NCBI GenBank assembly: GCA_047614005.1
Contig: JBLHIK010000001.1
Coordinates: 1 to 62,913, forward strand
Reading direction: 5' to 3'
DNA length: 62,913 nt
Source: Flavobacteriaceae bacterium
GTDB taxonomy: Bacteria > Patescibacteriota > Minisyncoccia > Phycocordibacterales > UBA1006
Shown here: in pieces, positions 31,003 to 39,983 of the stretch
How the letters are laid out: each line of letters starts with the position of its first letter
How positions within the stretch are numbered: position 1 is the first letter of the stretch
Made by a program: the position numbers and the translations under genes
Notes under the pieces: model-generated
What the model was told of the DNA's origin: nothing
Databases searched by the model: none
Seen by the model: the letters and a program-made list of their open reading frames with translations, nothing else

Positions 31003-31683
31003 CTATTCGTGAATGTCTCTTTTTACTTTTTCAAGTAGTCGAGCCGCAAGATCTTTTCCTCCAAGTCCGAGTGAAAGTCCACCTGCAAGAGCAAGCATTC
31101 CTACGATTGCGATAAAGAGTGTCTGCATAAATGCAGGAGCAATACCAAGCTCAGAAAGAGCGATGATAAATGCAAAAATCCAAATAGCATAATATACGAT
31201 AGTCCCGAGCATTTTTCCTGAAGTCAAACCTGCACCTTTTGCTGATCCAGAAACAAGCTTTTTCATAAAATCAGAAACTATAGTTGCCGCCATAAGAACG
31301 AGAACTGCAATTATGATTTGTGGAATGTATGCAAGAACATTTTGTAAGAAAACATTTACTTGTGTAAGTCCGAGGATTTCAAGTGATGCTGTAAGAAAAG
31401 CAATTGCAAGAAACCATTTTACAATCTCTCCTAGGAACTGAGCTACGTTGAGCTGATACCCTGCTTTTGATACTGTTCGCTCTACTGATGAGTTTGCGAA
31501 AATTTTGTTAACGCGTGCTGCCTGTAGGATATGAGAAACTGCTTTCCCTACTACTACAGAGATCCACCACCCAAGAATAAAAACTATAACACCTCCTATA
31601 AGAAGTGGAACAAAAGCTATAAACCCTTCCCATAGTCCGAAAAGAGAATTTTGCAGAACTGCACTCCATGTTTGTAATACCAT
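31003..31683 (-). CDS. multi-pass membrane protein (conserved TM-helix repeat / mechanosensitive-channel-like)
   Basis: 226-aa ORF with repeated TM-helix pairs. Family assignment is from memory of the pattern only. Confidence 0.5.
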   Translation of the reverse strand: MVLQTWSAVLQNSLFGLWEGFIAFVPLLIGGVIVFILGWWISVVVGKAVSHILQAARVNKIFANSSVERTVSKAGYQLNVAQFLGEIVKWFLAIAFLTASLEILGLTQVNVFLQNVLAYIPQIIIAVLVLMAATIVSDFMKKLVSGSAKGAGLTSGKMLGTIVYYAIWIFAFIIALSELGIAPAFMQTLFIAIVGMLALAGGLSLGLGGKDLAARLLEKVKRDIHE

Positions 31684-31819
31684 ATAATATATAAATAACT
31701 AATAATTAATAAATGACCTTATATATTTATTATATCAAGTAGAAAAATAAAAAGTTATTTCATGTGGATAACTTTAAAGAAAAAAACAATACATATAGAT
31801 GTATTGTTTTAAAATATTT

Positions 31820-32503
31820 CTATTTTCGTTTTGTGTTAAGAGAGATTGGATTTACTTGAAATACAACATCATGATCATAATCGAGAACATCATAGATGAG
31901 CTTGTCTCTCATCTCGTATCGATAGAGAAAATCAGATGTGACGAAAGTGGCATATGAGAGCTCTCTTCCTATTTCTGATTCTATTATCTTTACTACGCTT
32001 TCTACAGCAGATAGATTGAGCTTGTCCCCTACGAGAAGTATATCGAGACGAGCATCTTCGTCTCGAAGAAACACACCTGATGCAATAATGAGTTTAATTT
32101 TTCCAGTTTTATCAAAACGCTTTTTGAGTTCCTTTCCAGAATACGAGTCAGTGTCGAGAAGAAGAGTACTGAGGGGTTTGTTATATTCGAAAGTTTCATC
32201 AAGGATAAAACCTGTTACTTTTTTCTTTATTATTTTATCTCCTTTTTTTAGTTTTTTTATTATCTCTTTTGTAAATGTTTTTTCTTTGATTACATTTGTA
32301 TCTTTCAAGAGTTTGATTTCTTTGTTGAGAAGAGCTTGCTCGACACGTGTGCGTTTGAGCACTTCTTCTTTTTCAAAAATGTATGAAGGATTTGAGAGGA
32401 AAAGTCGGAGAACTTTTACGCGAGCAGTTGAGCCAAAAAGTTTTGAGAGAATATCTTTTTTCATAGACCCCAGTATAAAACAGAAGAGACTTTTTCGCAA
32501 CAA
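31820..32503 (-). CDS. hypothetical protein with N-terminal winged-helix-like segment
   Basis: 227-aa ORF. FGSTARVKVLRLFLSNP resembles an ArsR/wHTH start. The likely true start is MKKDIL at 32464. Confidence 0.5.
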   Translation of the reverse strand: MLRKSLFCFILGSMKKDILSKLFGSTARVKVLRLFLSNPSYIFEKEEVLKRTRVEQALLNKEIKLLKDTNVIKEKTFTKEIIKKLKKGDKIIKKKVTGFILDETFEYNKPLSTLLLDTDSYSGKELKKRFDKTGKIKLIIASGVFLRDEDARLDILLVGDKLNLSAVESVVKIIESEIGRELSYATFVTSDFLYRYEMRDKLIYDVLDYDHDVVFQVNPISLNTKRK

Positions 32504-32541
32504 AAAAAGCGATGCACACTACGCATCGCTTTTACCCAGAC

Positions 32542-32775
32542 TCATTCGTTTTCAGTATAACTGTAGAATGAATCTTTGTTTATTTTCCATCTCGAAAATA
32601 AAATACAAAAGAGAGATAAGACAAAAATAAGCAATATATATAACATTGATTTAAAATCTGAAAAGGGTTTATAAAAACACCCTCTCGTAAACCAATTTAT
32701 TATAAATAAAACAAGTAATATTCCTAAAATAGCTAGAAGGATTGTATTCTTTTTCTTTCTTTCTTTAGTCTTCAT
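32542..32775 (-). CDS. hypothetical small two-TM membrane protein
   Basis: 77-aa ORF. Confidence 0.4.
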   Translation of the reverse strand: MKTKERKKKNTILLAILGILLVLFIINWFTRGCFYKPFSDFKSMLYILLIFVLSLFCILFSRWKINKDSFYSYTENE

Positions 32776-32777
32776 TT

Positions 32778-33038
32778 TTAAAGTTTTAATTGTTTTCTAC
32801 TTTCTCTATTAAACCAGAAAAAGATAGCCATCGCTGCATAGAAAGCAACAATAAATACTCCATATTTTTCAAAATCAATAATGTCTTTAAAAGTAAAAGA
32901 GCCTATGGCTACTGTAATACTTATGAATACGAATACCCAAAAGAAAATTCTGTTTCTTCTTATCTTTTTTTCAATCATGGTTGTTTTTTTTAGATGTGAA
33001 ATAACAATTTGAATTTGTAGATTATCTACAATGCGCAA
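32778..33038 (-). CDS. hypothetical small two-TM membrane protein
   Basis: 86-aa ORF. An internal Met (MIEKKIRR) is the more likely start. Confidence 0.4.
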   Translation of the reverse strand: MRIVDNLQIQIVISHLKKTTMIEKKIRRNRIFFWVFVFISITVAIGSFTFKDIIDFEKYGVFIVAFYAAMAIFFWFNRESRKQLKL

Positions 33039-33081
33039 TATAACACATGCTAAATATAATGCAAGTCTTTTGAAGTAAAAT

Positions 33082-33107
33082 AAAAAACGCCCGTAAGGGC
33101 GTTTTTT
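33082..33107 (-). terminator. rho-independent terminator after rplL
   Basis: AAAAAACGCCC-GTAA-GGGCGTTTTTT. Confidence 0.75.
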
Positions 33108-33128
33108 ATTTGTAAGAAAAATGAATTG

Positions 33129-33641
33129 TTATTTTAATTCTACTTTTCCTCCAGCTGCTTCAATCTTCGCTTTTATTTCTTCAGCTTCTTCTTTTTTGAT
33201 TCCAGTTTTGATCATTGCAGGTGTTCCTTCTACAAGGTCTTTTGCTTCCTTAAGACCAAGTCCAAGTACTTCCTTTACAACTTTCATCACAGGGATTTTA
33301 GCACCTCCATCTGATGTAAGCTCTACATCGAATTCAGTTTTCTCTTCCCCTGCATCACCGGCAGCAGGACCAGCTACTGCAACTGCAGATGCTGATACTC
33401 CAAATTTCTTTTCGAGAAGTTTTACAAGCTCGTTGAGTTCAAGAACAGTCATGCTTTCTACTTGTTCTACAAGAGCTTTGAATTGTGCTGGCACTTCTAC
33501 GTCAGCTCCTTCTTCTTCTACTTCTTCTACTTTAGCTTCTTCTTTTACTTCTTCTACTTTAGCTTCTTCTACTACAGGAGCTTCTGTCGCTTCTGTTATA
33601 GTTTCTTCTACAGCGTCTTGTGTTGTATTTTCGTCTGTCAT
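33129..33641 (-). CDS. rplL: 50S ribosomal protein L7/L12 with an acidic N-terminal extension
   Basis: Core [31 protein letters not shown]...[46 protein letters not shown], preceded by ~45 extra Glu/Val/Lys-rich residues. Confidence 0.9.
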   Translation of the reverse strand: MTDENTTQDAVEETITEATEAPVVEEAKVEEVKEEAKVEEVEEEGADVEVPAQFKALVEQVESMTVLELNELVKLLEKKFGVSASAVAVAGPAAGDAGEEKTEFDVELTSDGGAKIPVMKVVKEVLGLGLKEAKDLVEGTPAMIKTGIKKEEAEEIKAKIEAAGGKVELK

Positions 33642-33681
33642 ATTTCTATTACTAGATTATTAAAAGTTAGTTGTTTTGTAT

Positions 33682-34173
33682 CTATGCTCGCTTCTGTGCA
33701 ATCTGCCCGAGAGCCACTGCAAGTCCTTGTATTGGAGAGTTGATAACATTTACGAACATTCCTCGGAGAGTCTGAAGATCTGGGATCTGTGCGATGTCAT
33801 TCATCTCTTCCATTGTTCTGTATCTATTTTCAAATACACCACCTACAATAGACATAGATTTTTTATTTTTCTTGTGGAATTCAAATATCTCACGAGCAGG
33901 TGCTGTAGGATCATCATTGCTCCACGCAAGAGCAATGTTGCCTGGCATCTCTGGCATAGAACCCTCATACCCTTTTGAGTCGAGTGCTCGCCCTATGAGA
34001 GTCTTTTTTGCAACACGGTATGATATACCTTGCTCTTGAAGTGTGCGACGTATCTCTGTAGCTTTTCCTACAGTAAGACCATTGAAGTTTACAAACACTA
34101 CTGATGTAGCATCTGCCATACCTTTTTCAAGTCCACTGATTATTTCTTTTTTCTTAGCTTTTGTAATTGCCAT
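33682..34173 (-). CDS. rplJ: 50S ribosomal protein L10
   Basis: MAITKAKKKEII..VVFVNFNGLTVGKATEIRRTL..YRVAKKTL. Lies directly upstream of rplL. Confidence 0.9.
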   Translation of the reverse strand: MAITKAKKKEIISGLEKGMADATSVVFVNFNGLTVGKATEIRRTLQEQGISYRVAKKTLIGRALDSKGYEGSMPEMPGNIALAWSNDDPTAPAREIFEFHKKNKKSMSIVGGVFENRYRTMEEMNDIAQIPDLQTLRGMFVNVINSPIQGLAVALGQIAQKRA

Positions 34174-34349
34174 GTTTATTTTTTTAAATTAAAAAAACGG
34201 CTTATAACGCCGTCGCACAAATATACTATGTATATTATTTGTATCGACCACAACTAAGTAGGTTTTATTTCTCAATATGAGAATACCTACTGTCTTTGCT
34301 ACGGCAGATATACCATATCATAGACATTTTGTTTTGCAAATAGGAGATT

Positions 34350-34715
34350 TTAAAAACCAATAGAAGTAATATGGGAAAATAGCAAAAATGAGAAAAATGA
34401 AATTAAATATACATAGTATATAAATCCAGTTACAAAATTCACTAAATGTAGTTTTATAGATATCCCTTTTTTAACAAAACTCTTTGTTAAAAAGATTAAA
34501 AAAATTAAATGAGTAATTGGTGTAAAAAATAAACCACTCCAACGTAAATCTTTAATAAGGATATTGTTTAAATCTTCTATATTAAATAAGAATCTAAAAA
34601 AATCTATTCCTTTAAATTTTGAATCAAAAATAATAAAACAAAATAATAAAACAAAAATAACTACCAAATATCCTGCATGCCATTTTAATAATTGTTTTTT
34701 AATTTCTCTGTTCAT
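34350..34715 (-). CDS. hypothetical multi-TM membrane protein (AT-rich)
   Basis: 121-aa ORF. Confidence 0.45.
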   Translation of the reverse strand: MNREIKKQLLKWHAGYLVVIFVLLFCFIIFDSKFKGIDFFRFLFNIEDLNNILIKDLRWSGLFFTPITHLIFLIFLTKSFVKKGISIKLHLVNFVTGFIYYVYLISFFSFLLFSHITSIGF

Positions 34716-34727
34716 ATAGTAATTTTA

Positions 34728-37700
34728 TCATGATTTTCTTTTAAACAAATGAAATACTCTCTTGAAAAAGTTTCTTATCCTGTGCCAGAGATTTTCCGAA
34801 GTAGCATCACTCACCGAAGCAGAGAGAAGAGCAGGCACATCTCCCTCTTTTATATCTTCTACTTTTTCTACATCTGCGATACTCACCTCATCTTCTTCAG
34901 TATTTTCTTCTTCCTTTTTCTCTTTTACTAACTCTTTTTCTATGAGTATTTCCTGTACGGATTCTTCTGTTGTTTCTTCTACCATTACTTCTTCTATCGC
35001 TTCATCTGTTTCTTCTTCCTTTTTTTCTTTTACTGCCTCTTCCTCTTCTTGTACTACTATTCTCTTTTGTCTAGAACTACTTCCTGACGAGACAGTGTGT
35101 TGTACCTCTATATTACTACTCTTCATACTCTCAGTATTTCCCGCAATATCTATAGAAAAATACGATACAGTCGAGGAGCTCTGAGCGAGGAATGGATATT
35201 CATAGATCTGCCACTCACCACTATCGAGCCGGTACCATGTTCGTAGTATCTCACTCTCGTCTTCTGTAATGAGAGTGATTTCTTTTTCCGATGAACCACT
35301 CTCAGAGAGGTGTGTCACAGGAGACACAACATCTACAGAAGTACTCACAGAAACTTCGCTGATGAGAGTATCTATCGTGCCGTCGTTTTCATCGTCTATA
35401 GAGAGCTCTATAGACGAGAGATCTTCTGTATCGAGAGTGAACGTCGTCACAGAAGTACTCGTCACTAGCTCTACGTCGTTATAGAGACGCGTCTCTATAT
35501 ACTCGCCATTATGTACCTTTTGTATATATAGATCATAGCTCCCTGTATCGTAGGCATCTATCTGTATATCGAGAGATCCAGAGACAGACTCGTCGATAAA
35601 CATATACATCACATCCTCTATCATCTCTACATGCACGCCTTCAATGCCCTCTTCGAGAGTGCCATCTTCGAGCAGTCCTACATGTCCTCCTGAGCTGTCA
35701 TATATATGAAGATTCACAGGACTATGAGTGCTCACGACTGTCCCTGATATATCACCGCACGCACCTACTCTCGAAGAGAACTCCGACTCGCTCGCAGTAC
35801 CACCTGAGAGTATATCGAGTATCCCTTTTCTCACATCTGTATCATTCATCATGAAAGCATGTGAGGTTTCGTTGACATAATATATCTCATCTACTTCCTG
35901 ATGAGAGGCACTCTCTATAGGCACTACATCATCTCCGTTGATATATAGTATCTTGTAGTCGAAAGAGTCTTCGTCTCCTATGAGAGCCTTGCTACTATTG
36001 TTGCCTATGATAAATTCTCCGAGAGTCGGAGACTGACAACCAGCAAAGGTATAGGTTTGCACCTCTCCAAAATCCATATTTTCTATTGAACTATGCAGTG
36101 GCTCTATAGTATCAAACATGAGAGAGTTTCTTCCTTGATCCTGTAAATACCCTCTCGTCTCGTCGTAGTCATATGAGCCATCGGCAAAGACTGTGGTCGT
36201 ATCTGTGACGTATTCCCCTCCTCTCTCTTCAAAGTATTTACCTGTCGGCAAGAGCTGATAGACTGATGGGAAGTTTTGGGATATTTCTTGTATGCGTTTT
36301 TCATTGAGTTTGAAAGGTCCAACTCTAAATCCCATACTATCTCCCCACATGAGAACTTTAAAAGCTTTGGGAGCTCCTATATGTGGTGTCCCCACGAAGA
36401 CGACCTTGTCTATACTCTCCTTACCATAATCTGCTGCATATGATTTTGCCACGAGACCTCCCATGGAGTGTGCTATGAGAGTGACTTGTTCTGCTTCTGT
36501 CTCGAGAAGTACTGCGTCTATCTTTGCCTTTAATAGCTCGCCTGTCATACGTGTATCAAAACGCCAGTCATAAGGAAAGGGAAAGAACGTCTCTCCTTCT
36601 ATATATCCTATACTTTCTAAATCTTCAATGAAATCTTGTGTGATATTTTTATTCACAACTTCTCGAAAAATATCCCCTTCTTTCACATCATTCACAGAAT
36701 TCTGTCCGTCATTAAAAAGAGATAATTCTTTAAGATAATTATCATCAGGGAGTAATACTCCCTTCAAAGCTCTCGGCCATTTCTCCTCTCCATTTTCTCC
36801 ATCTATGAGATAGCTCGCAGTAATTCCAGGGATAAATATCACAGGTGTGAGCTTTTTCTCTACGCCGTATTTATCAAAAGGTTGCATTCCTGCTTTTATC
36901 TCTGGCTTTTCTGTGAGCCAGTCAGAATAGTCGACATCTCCCTCCACTACTCCCCCTTCTCCATCTGGATTATTTGTATGTGTCGGACCAGTCTCGCTCC
37001 CCCAGTAATTCCCCCTTGCTACCACAGGATCATTCCCTTCCATGAAAACATCCCTTTCTCTACTATTCTCAAAAATACTATTTTCTACTGTCACTCTTCC
37101 ATTTCCTGTAGCATAGATGCCTCTATTATTTCCAGAAAAGACTGTATTTTCTATAAGAGTATCTGAGGTAAATCTTTCGTATCTTTGATATCTTCCAGAT
37201 CTAGTATAGATAGCTATGTTTGCATTTTGTATTCTATTGTTATACAGATGTGAATTCGGGTCAGTTCCAATATATATTCCGATATTGCTATCGTCATAAC
37301 TATCAAATGCAAAATCATTGAAACCCATTTTCATGTTACTATCTTTTCCTATACTTCCTATACTTGCACTAGTGTCAAAATGAAAAGCATTATTAATAAG
37401 AGTGAAATTCCCATAAACACCCAATCTAAAACCCTTCTTGGATATATGACGAGCTACGCTGTTTTGCATGGTGATATGAGCAGCTTCGCGAGTCGTCAAA
37501 AGAGTCCCAACATGCGTTGCCTCCAGCTCATCTATGAGAGTGTGGCTAGTATTATAAAGACCTTCTACACCTGTTTCAACATGAGAGAGAACAGGCCTGA
37601 CGAGATGGCCCCTCGATCTATAAAATAAAAACCCTCTTTCTCCATATGATATGTGTATATCTTTATACTGACCATATTGATTTGTAAAAAAAAGATAAAG

Positions 37701-38156
37701 ACCCGTGCTTGCGTGATAGATATTCAAGTGAGAGAGTGAAAGAGTGGTATCTTTTCCAATTCTGATTCCTCCCCAACAGTATCCATCACAATATTCTTGG
37801 TCGAGATTGCCACCTTGTGCATTTCTACTTGCAAAAAGTATCGGGAGGTCTTTTGTACCATTGGCAGTAAAGGTAGCTCCTCCACCAGTAATGATTCCAT
37901 AATACGGATATCCATCAAAATCTTCTGGAGGTGCATCTACGTAGACCTCCACACCTGGCTCTATGGTAAGACTAGTGTATTCGCCCCACATGTTGATATT
38001 TGTTTGCAGGATATACGGAGACCCCTCAAGAGTCCACGTCACCTCACTTTCAATATTTTCGGTAACAAAAGTCTCTGCAAATGCACTTTCTAAAGGAGAC
38101 AACAAAAAGAAAAAACCACATACAACAAGAAAGATAATGTATCGCTTTCTACTCAT
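34728..38156 (-). CDS. large secreted protein: signal peptide, right-handed beta-helix repeats, LCAT-like alpha/beta-hydrolase (lipase/acyltransferase) domain, Ig-like region, acidic low-complexity tail
   Basis: Signal MSRKRYIIFLVVCGFFFLLSPLESAFA. Repeats of the NosD/pectate-lyase type (NNRIQNANIAIY.., ENTVFSGNNRGIYA.., ENSIFENS). VIFIPGITASYL..PYDWRFD..IAHSMGGLVAK..GTPHIGAP matches the LCAT/PGAP1-like lipase pattern (YDWR, GxSxG). Confidence 0.75.
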   Translation of the reverse strand: MSRKRYIIFLVVCGFFFLLSPLESAFAETFVTENIESEVTWTLEGSPYILQTNINMWGEYTSLTIEPGVEVYVDAPPEDFDGYPYYGIITGGGATFTANGTKDLPILFASRNAQGGNLDQEYCDGYCWGGIRIGKDTTLSLSHLNIYHASTGLYLFFTNQYGQYKDIHISYGERGFLFYRSRGHLVRPVLSHVETGVEGLYNTSHTLIDELEATHVGTLLTTREAAHITMQNSVARHISKKGFRLGVYGNFTLINNAFHFDTSASIGSIGKDSNMKMGFNDFAFDSYDDSNIGIYIGTDPNSHLYNNRIQNANIAIYTRSGRYQRYERFTSDTLIENTVFSGNNRGIYATGNGRVTVENSIFENSRERDVFMEGNDPVVARGNYWGSETGPTHTNNPDGEGGVVEGDVDYSDWLTEKPEIKAGMQPFDKYGVEKKLTPVIFIPGITASYLIDGENGEEKWPRALKGVLLPDDNYLKELSLFNDGQNSVNDVKEGDIFREVVNKNITQDFIEDLESIGYIEGETFFPFPYDWRFDTRMTGELLKAKIDAVLLETEAEQVTLIAHSMGGLVAKSYAADYGKESIDKVVFVGTPHIGAPKAFKVLMWGDSMGFRVGPFKLNEKRIQEISQNFPSVYQLLPTGKYFEERGGEYVTDTTTVFADGSYDYDETRGYLQDQGRNSLMFDTIEPLHSSIENMDFGEVQTYTFAGCQSPTLGEFIIGNNSSKALIGDEDSFDYKILYINGDDVVPIESASHQEVDEIYYVNETSHAFMMNDTDVRKGILDILSGGTASESEFSSRVGACGDISGTVVSTHSPVNLHIYDSSGGHVGLLEDGTLEEGIEGVHVEMIEDVMYMFIDESVSGSLDIQIDAYDTGSYDLYIQKVHNGEYIETRLYNDVELVTSTSVTTFTLDTEDLSSIELSIDDENDGTIDTLISEVSVSTSVDVVSPVTHLSESGSSEKEITLITEDESEILRTWYRLDSGEWQIYEYPFLAQSSSTVSYFSIDIAGNTESMKSSNIEVQHTVSSGSSSRQKRIVVQEEEEAVKEKKEEETDEAIEEVMVEETTEESVQEILIEKELVKEKKEEENTEEDEVSIADVEKVEDIKEGDVPALLSASVSDATSENLWHRIRNFFKRVFHLFKRKS

Positions 38157-38217
38157 ATAAAAAGTATATCTATAATATATAAAAAAACAAGCAAACTAAA
38201 ATTAGAGATTCAAATAT

Positions 38218-38331
38218 TTAGAAAATATCTTTATAGCTTCCTCCCCATGCTTTATCGATAATAAAAAACAACAGGAGTGAAATACCTAAAATAAGGGTAA
38301 AGACGAGGATTGTCTTGAGGTAATGTTTCAT
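38218..38331 (-). CDS. possible 37-aa membrane peptide
   Basis: My own ORF call: MKHYLKTILVFTLILGISLLLFFIIDKAWGGSYKDIF. Too short for the track. Confidence 0.2.
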   Translation of the reverse strand: MKHYLKTILVFTLILGISLLLFFIIDKAWGGSYKDIF

Positions 38332-38440
38332 ACACTCATTATACCTTATATTGCTTTGTTTCGTAATATATTGATTTATATGTGAAAAAATGGATTCTTT
38401 AATCTTATGAAGGATCTGCCTTAATAAGAGGACTTATGTG

Positions 38441-38463
38441 TGCAGGAGGTCCGACCTCCTGCA
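38441..38463. repeat. GC-rich palindrome TGCAGGAGGT-CCG-ACCTCCTGCA (copy 2)
   Basis: Read directly. Lies inside the conserved 5' module of cassette 1. Confidence 0.85.
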
Positions 38464-38520
38464 TGTTATGGTGTTTTTATAGAAAATGTGATATGTTGAA
38501 TGAAACTTAAAACTTGTACT

Positions 38521-38889
38521 ATGAAAAATGAATCAAAATCTATTAGAGTTATTATTTATGGAGAAGCAGACAGCGAAGGTATACAAAAAGGTATTGAAGA
38601 ATACCTTCTTGGAAAAGATATCTCCCTTGTGAAAACACAATACATCCCAAATGTTTTATACTCTGAGACTACTCTCAAAACAATAACAAACCTGGTTAAA
38701 CATCCAAGGGAAACTATTTTTATTTTTGGGATAAATAAATATGATGATCTCACTCATGCTGTTGTAAAAAACATAAAGCATTTAATTGAAAATGAAAAAG
38801 CATTTCAATACATCAATGGTCTCTGGAAACAAGAAGATACCAACAAGATGATGGATGCCTTCTTGAAGAGTTCAGAAGTACCTGCGTAA
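38521..38889 (+). CDS. hypothetical small protein, cassette gene 1
   Basis: Track ORF 38500..38889. The start is placed at the ATG in gtactATGAAAAATgaa because the same context precedes cassette gene 2. Confidence 0.55.
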   Translation: MKNESKSIRVIIYGEADSEGIQKGIEEYLLGKDISLVKTQYIPNVLYSETTLKTITNLVKHPRETIFIFGINKYDDLTHAVVKNIKHLIENEKAFQYINGLWKQEDTNKMMDAFLKSSEVPA

Positions 38890-38912
38890 TAGTAAAAAAC
38901 TATACGCGAAAG

Positions 38913-38941
38913 AGCCTGCGATACGTTGCAGGCTTTTTTTT
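38913..38941 (+). terminator. rho-independent terminator of cassette 1
   Basis: AGCCTGC-gatacgt-tGCAGGCT followed by T8. The identical element follows cassette 2. Confidence 0.75.
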
Positions 38942-39036
38942 ATGTGTGAAAATGAGTAATTGAATCTTTTTCTTGTTAAGATCGTCTTTTTAAGGTTTTC
39001 TTATGAAGGATGTACCTTAATAAGAGAATCTATGCG

Positions 39037-39059
39037 TGCAAGAGGTCCGACCTCTTGCA
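39037..39059. repeat. GC-rich palindrome TGCAAGAGGT-CCG-ACCTCTTGCA (copy 3, compensatory G>A / C>T change keeps pairing)
   Basis: Read directly. Lies inside the conserved 5' module of cassette 2. Confidence 0.85.
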
Positions 39060-39121
39060 TGTTATGGTGTTTTTATAGAAGATGTGATAGATTGATATAA
39101 ATTTAACTTAAAAATAGTACT

Positions 39122-39529
39122 ATGAAAAATAAAAATCCATATCTACATCTACCCCGTATCATATATATGAACATATATGGTACAACAGACCGTAACAAGA
39201 TTGAAGCCCTTTGTAGTGAATACAACATAGAGAACTCTTCTGTCCAAGATAAGATAGAGTTTATATTCAATTATCACCCTGATATATCGACTGCGAAAGA
39301 ATCTCTTGGGAAACTTACTACAGAGATAAGCACGAACATGTTTATGCTTGGAAGTATAGAATCTACCAAGGAAAACAAAGAGTTTACAAAAAATTTTGTA
39401 CATTTACTTGAACAACGCGAAGCGTTTTTCAGATACAAAGTTCCTTTAAATCTTAAAGGGTTTAGCAATACTCTCTACAATTTCGGTGTGTACTTTTGTA
39501 AACATCAAAAGAATTTTAAACGTTCTTAA
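39122..39529 (+). CDS. hypothetical small protein, cassette gene 2 (weak similarity to gene 1)
   Basis: 135-aa ORF. Shares MKN.., I.IYG, and E..AF..Y patches with gene 1. Confidence 0.55.
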   Translation: MKNKNPYLHLPRIIYMNIYGTTDRNKIEALCSEYNIENSSVQDKIEFIFNYHPDISTAKESLGKLTTEISTNMFMLGSIESTKENKEFTKNFVHLLEQREAFFRYKVPLNLKGFSNTLYNFGVYFCKHQKNFKRS

Positions 39530-39562
39530 TATTATCTATTTACTATCTGTAAATAGCACAAG

Positions 39563-39590
39563 AGCCTGCGATACGTTGCAGGCTTTTTTT
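39563..39590 (+). terminator. rho-independent terminator of cassette 2
   Basis: Same AGCCTGCGATACGTTGCAGGCT plus T-run. Confidence 0.75.
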
Positions 39591-39763
39591 ATGTGTGAAA
39601 AAATGAGTTATTGAATCTTTTTATAGTACATATATTGACATATCATCGCATGAGTTTGATCTCTCACCTTTGATCTCGTGTCTTTTTTTGAAAACTTTAA
39701 AAATAAATTTCTATTGTCTTACTCTTTCAAGAGTTAATTAAGATTAGTTAAGTGTCTTGCGTG

Positions 39764-39833
39764 CAGGAGGTCGGACCTCCTGTTGTTGCTGTTGTTATGA
39801 AGGATTTGCGTGCAGGAGGTCGGACCTCCTGCA
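39764..39833. repeat. two further palindrome copies in inverted orientation (loop CGG): 39764..39782 and 39811..39833
   Basis: CAGGAGGTCGGACCTCCTG and TGCAGGAGGTCGGACCTCCTGCA, the second preceded by ATGAAGGATTTGCG as in the cassette modules. Confidence 0.85.
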
Positions 39834-39903
39834 GTTAGGCTTGTGCCTTTGCCCTCTTGTCTTTGACCTCGTGCCTTTAATTTCGTACCTTTTTATGGGA
39901 TAC

Positions 39904-39932
39904 AAAAAACCACCCTTGCGGGTGGTTTTTTT
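39904..39932 (-). terminator. bidirectional rho-independent terminator after the surface-protein gene
   Basis: AAAAAACCACCC-TTGC-GGGTGGTTTTTTT. Confidence 0.8.
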
Positions 39933-39983
39933 GTAACTTCACACGTATTTCTACGTATTCAGAACTATACTAGTTTATTAACA

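Noticed and set aside
31938-32630. 230-aa plus-strand ORF.
   Set aside because: It is antisense to 31820..32503 and is Ser/Arg/Phe-rich with low complexity. The minus-strand frame has the more protein-like sequence.
33121-33663. 180-aa plus-strand ORF rich in Ser/Thr/Ala.
   Set aside because: It is antisense to rplL, whose translation is unambiguous. The low-complexity mirror frame comes from the GAA/GTT-rich gene.
38365-39900. An integron-like cassette array, with the palindromes acting as attC sites.
   Set aside because: There is no integrase, no GTTRRRY / RYYYAAC core pair at the palindrome borders, and the palindrome is a perfect short hairpin rather than a bulged attC. It is kept only as a generic cassette hypothesis.
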